A stretch of DNA of 64,000 nucleotides from Gekko japonicus (lineage: Eukaryota). Positions within the stretch are counted from its first letter, which is position 1; each line of letters opens with the position of its first letter. Of the stretch, positions 60,820 to 64,000 are shown one piece after another. The stretch lies in contig NW_015175363.1 in NCBI RefSeq assembly GCF_001447785.1, forward strand, positions 730,896-794,895. The letters are read 5' to 3'. The notes beneath the pieces are model-generated. The model searched no databases. It saw only the letters and a list, made by a program, of their open reading frames with translations, and had not been told where the DNA came from. The translations under genes and the position numbers were made by a program.

Positions 60820-61063
60820 TAGGGATGCTGGACTCCAGGTGGGACCTGGCAATCCCCTGGAATTGCAGCAAATCTCCAGACTACAGAGATCAGTTCCTCT
60901 GGAGAAAATGGATGCTTTGGAGGGTGGACTGTATGGCATTGTACCACACTGAGGACCTTGTCCTCCCCAGGCTCTATCCCCAGATCTCCAGGAATTTTCC
61001 AATCTAGATCTGGCAATCCTACCCCCATCCCCCACTGGTGGCCAAGGAAGATCTGGCAACCCT
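60820..61063. mobile_element. hAT-like MITE (TAGGGTTGCCA..TGGCAACCCT family); related fragment at about 51640-51720
   Basis: Degenerate TIRs TAGGGATGC and TGGCAACCCT. Confidence 0.55.
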
Positions 61064-61314
61064 TTTCCACACATATACTCTTTCCTAACAAGTAGTGAAC
61101 CAGCAAACAAAATTGTGTCTACAGCATTTCCTGAAGAGGAATTAAAAAACAGTAAGACAAAATATTTTGCTTAATCACATGCTTTTATTCAGTTTGCCAA
61201 CATACACACAAAAAAATGTGGTACCCAAAACAGTGTAACATGTTTTATGTGCAGTAATTTCTGTGCGTTTGCAGTTCACAAAACCACCTACTGTGTCCAA
61301 CCTTCCTCCCCATA

Positions 61315-61488
61315 AAGAAGAAGAGGAGGAGATTGGATTTATACCCCGCCCCTCACTACCCAAATGTCCTGGCCTCACTGGTGGACCTCCTGATGGCACT
61401 GGTATTTCTGGCCACTGTGTGATACAGAGTGTTGGACTGGATGGGCCTTTGGCCTGATCCAACATTGGCGTCTCTTATGTTCTTATGA
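61315..61488. mobile_element. Junction of a Squam3-like tail (minus) and a CR1 3' end (plus)
   Basis: GAAGAGGAGGAGATTGGATTTATACCCCGCCC followed by GGCCACTGTGTG..GTTGGACTGGATGG..CTTATGTTCTTATG. Confidence 0.7.
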
Positions 61489-62658
61489 CTGGGGCACGAC
61501 AGATAGATGTTGCTGTCTGATCATGCACTTTAAATCCATAAGGTAACAGCAAGGGCAACGGATCGATTTGCCCTTGTGAACGCGACCTAAGAGAGTAAAT
61601 TGCTGTGACCATACATTCTTCCCATGTCAGCTTTGTGCAACAAACAGTGGAGTAAAGAAGCTACAATTTATTGTCACACTTGATTGTAATCTAAATCACA
61701 CAATACAAACACAGTATCTACATCTCTTTGGATATTTTCTTTCACTTTAATTTTAGGTGTTGGTAAATCTTATTCTTTCATATCTGAAATATATATAGCT
61801 TTGCATAACCCCCCCTCTAGAGTTTGTAATGGACAATGGATAGTTAATGTGTCTGAGAACCTTGTGGCAGAGGGTTCAAATGGAATTCTACAGTTCAGAG
61901 TAGCAATCAGTTCAGTTAAGAGTTTAGTTAAGCAGAGTGAATAGATTAAGAAAGATCCTGAATTAGGAAAATGGGACCAGTAGGCCTTCCCTGAGGGAAA
62001 TAGATCCTAGAAAAAGGGGGTGGTTCCTATGAAGTGTCTAAGAAAGAAAGTTGAAACTTGAGTGCATGTTCCTACCTTCACAGACTTAATTTTGAGACAA
62101 AGAAGCTTATGCCTGCTGTTTATTTAAGCAGTGACTGCCAAGAGATCTCTCTCCACAGTTTTAATGACCTGTCTGTATAACAAAACAGCCACTTTATTAT
62201 TACAAACTATCTGTTGTATGTATCTATACAGAGTTAACTTATTCCTATTGCCTGTTCACCTGCCAGGTTTAAACCTGATACCTACCTGACCATTTCCCTA
62301 TAGAAGTGACATAAAGCAATTGGTTTGTTTTGAATTATTATCAGCCTCTTGTGTGCCATTATCAGACATATACAAACAAAGGATTTTTGTCAGTTCCCTA
62401 GGCTGGGTCAACATATACATTTAAACTACTGGGTGGGACAGACAACAAAACAAGAAGAAAAGCATCTGCTCAGCCAAGAAAAAGCAATAGGAAAGCGGGA
62501 AATTGTTATAGATGTCTATTGACCTTTTTCTCCAGTAGTTTATTCTTGCTATTGAGGAGACACTCGATGTGTAGAATGGCTATCCAAACTGCCTGAAAGT
62601 TTTAAAAAACAATGGACAGACCTGTGGGGTTCTATTAAGTGCAAAGTAACACTAACAA

Positions 62659-62889
62659 TCCTGCCAACCTAGCAGTTCAAAAGCAAGAAATTGCAAGTAG
62701 ATAAATAGGTACCACTTCGGCGGGAAGGTAACAGCGTTCCGTGCGCCTTGGTGTTTAGTCACGCCGGCCACATGACCACGGAAACGTCTTTGGACAGCGC
62801 TGGCTCTTTGGCTTTGAAACGGAGATGAGCACCGCAACCCTAGAGTCGGATTCGACTGGCTTTCGAGCAAGGGGACCTTTACCTTTACT
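62659..62889 (+). mobile_element. Sauria SINE, 5'-truncated
   Basis: Sauria core and (ACCTTT)n tail. 12-bp TSD TAACACTAACAA at 62647-62658 and 62890-62901. Confidence 0.9.
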
Positions 62890-64000
62890 TAACACTAACA
62901 AAAGACTACAGAATAATTTGTACAAAAGTTATAAATGTATTTATGGTATGCCATCTAAATGGATGATTGGTAGGCACAAAGAATGGCATGCTAATATACC
63001 AAACCTTTTAGAAGTTTTCATTTGTTTTTGTTTTTTAATATGTTGGTTTATTCATTGATATCTGTAGAAATTCATAATTCATAAATACATATGCAGGCAG
63101 TGATGCACTTTAATTAAATCTGAGGTGAAATTAGTATGCATTACAGTTTTTTGAAATAAAAATATCCACTAATCAAAATGTTAAGCTGATGGAGTTTCTC
63201 TCCTCCCCCTTCCAATTAGTATCATTATCTTGCTTTGCATCACTTGTACCAGCTGGCTTTTTGTCAATTTATAGCATGGACCTTTACATCGAAGTAAGGA
63301 AAAAAATTAATTACAAGGGAAGAAATCCCAATAGTACTTTAGAAGTCTTTAGTTATCCACATATTAAAGCTGTTGGCTGTGCAAGAAATGAAAAGGAACA
63401 GGAGGATCTAATAGGCATTTTACATGAAGTGTCAGTGATTTTTAATGCTCTGTATTCCCCATTTTATTATTATGGCCATTTCACAGATACAAACTGAATT
63501 ATCCTGTCAAGTATAAGCTGCTACCAATTGTGGTTCCCTAATGAGCATACCTGTATGATGCATATATTGCAAACAGCTATGTTGCATTTTTTTTTACATT
63601 TTTAGATATACACTTAAAGATGATGCTGCTAAATTAAAATCAAAGAGAACTTTGATTTTGATTTCAGTGGATTCCGAATTGCAGGCAACATCTTAGTTGT
63701 ATCCCTAAAATTCTAATCTCTGAAGTGGTCCTTCTTTGCTACTTGTTAGTTCTGTGACATCAGATTTCTTTAAATCCCTGAAAATTATTATTGGAATTAA
63801 TTGTATCTTTAAAATGAAGAGGATAAAAAGAAGAGGACAGATTCGGGGCTTGCTGGGGATGTTTTAATTAATATTGTAAGTCACTTTGAACCAAGAAGAA
63901 ATGCAGGATATAAATGTTTTAAAAAATAATAACAAAAAAGGAAAATCATTTTGATTCGTTTTCTCACCAAAAGACAGGATCAAGCAGCTCTAATATTGTA

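Noticed and set aside
61825-62311. Solo LTR (TGT...ACA)
   Set aside because: The composition is LTR-like, but no TSD or terminal inverted repeat could be confirmed.

Overview
Eukaryotic, repeat-rich vertebrate DNA, inferred to be a squamate (probably a gecko) from its Sauria/Squam-type SINEs, 5S-derived SINEs, CR1, L2, BovB, Penelope and DIRS content. The window lies inside GBE1 (glycogen branching enzyme, + strand). Five coding exons match human exons 8-12 in size and translation (116, 128, 99, 111 and 172 nt) and carry the GH13 catalytic residues. I did not find the next exon, so the last intron exceeds 38 kb. Most ORF-track entries are spurious. The introns hold several notable elements: (1) a structurally complete but decayed DIRS1 tyrosine-recombinase retrotransposon with both ITRs and the internal complementary region; (2) a Gypsy-like 5' LTR with an open gag-like frame running off the left edge; (3) an L1-type element with an intact ORF1, no ORF2 and a poly(A) signal, a HAL1-like candidate; (4) a hAT transposon with a nested LINE and a directly abutting hAT MITE; (5) solo LTRs with TSDs and an isolated BovB RT fragment; (6) two related, unclassified GC-rich elements. 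No prokaryote-type system (CRISPR, operon) is present, and I found no clearly new system. Family names come from recall and need database confirmation.
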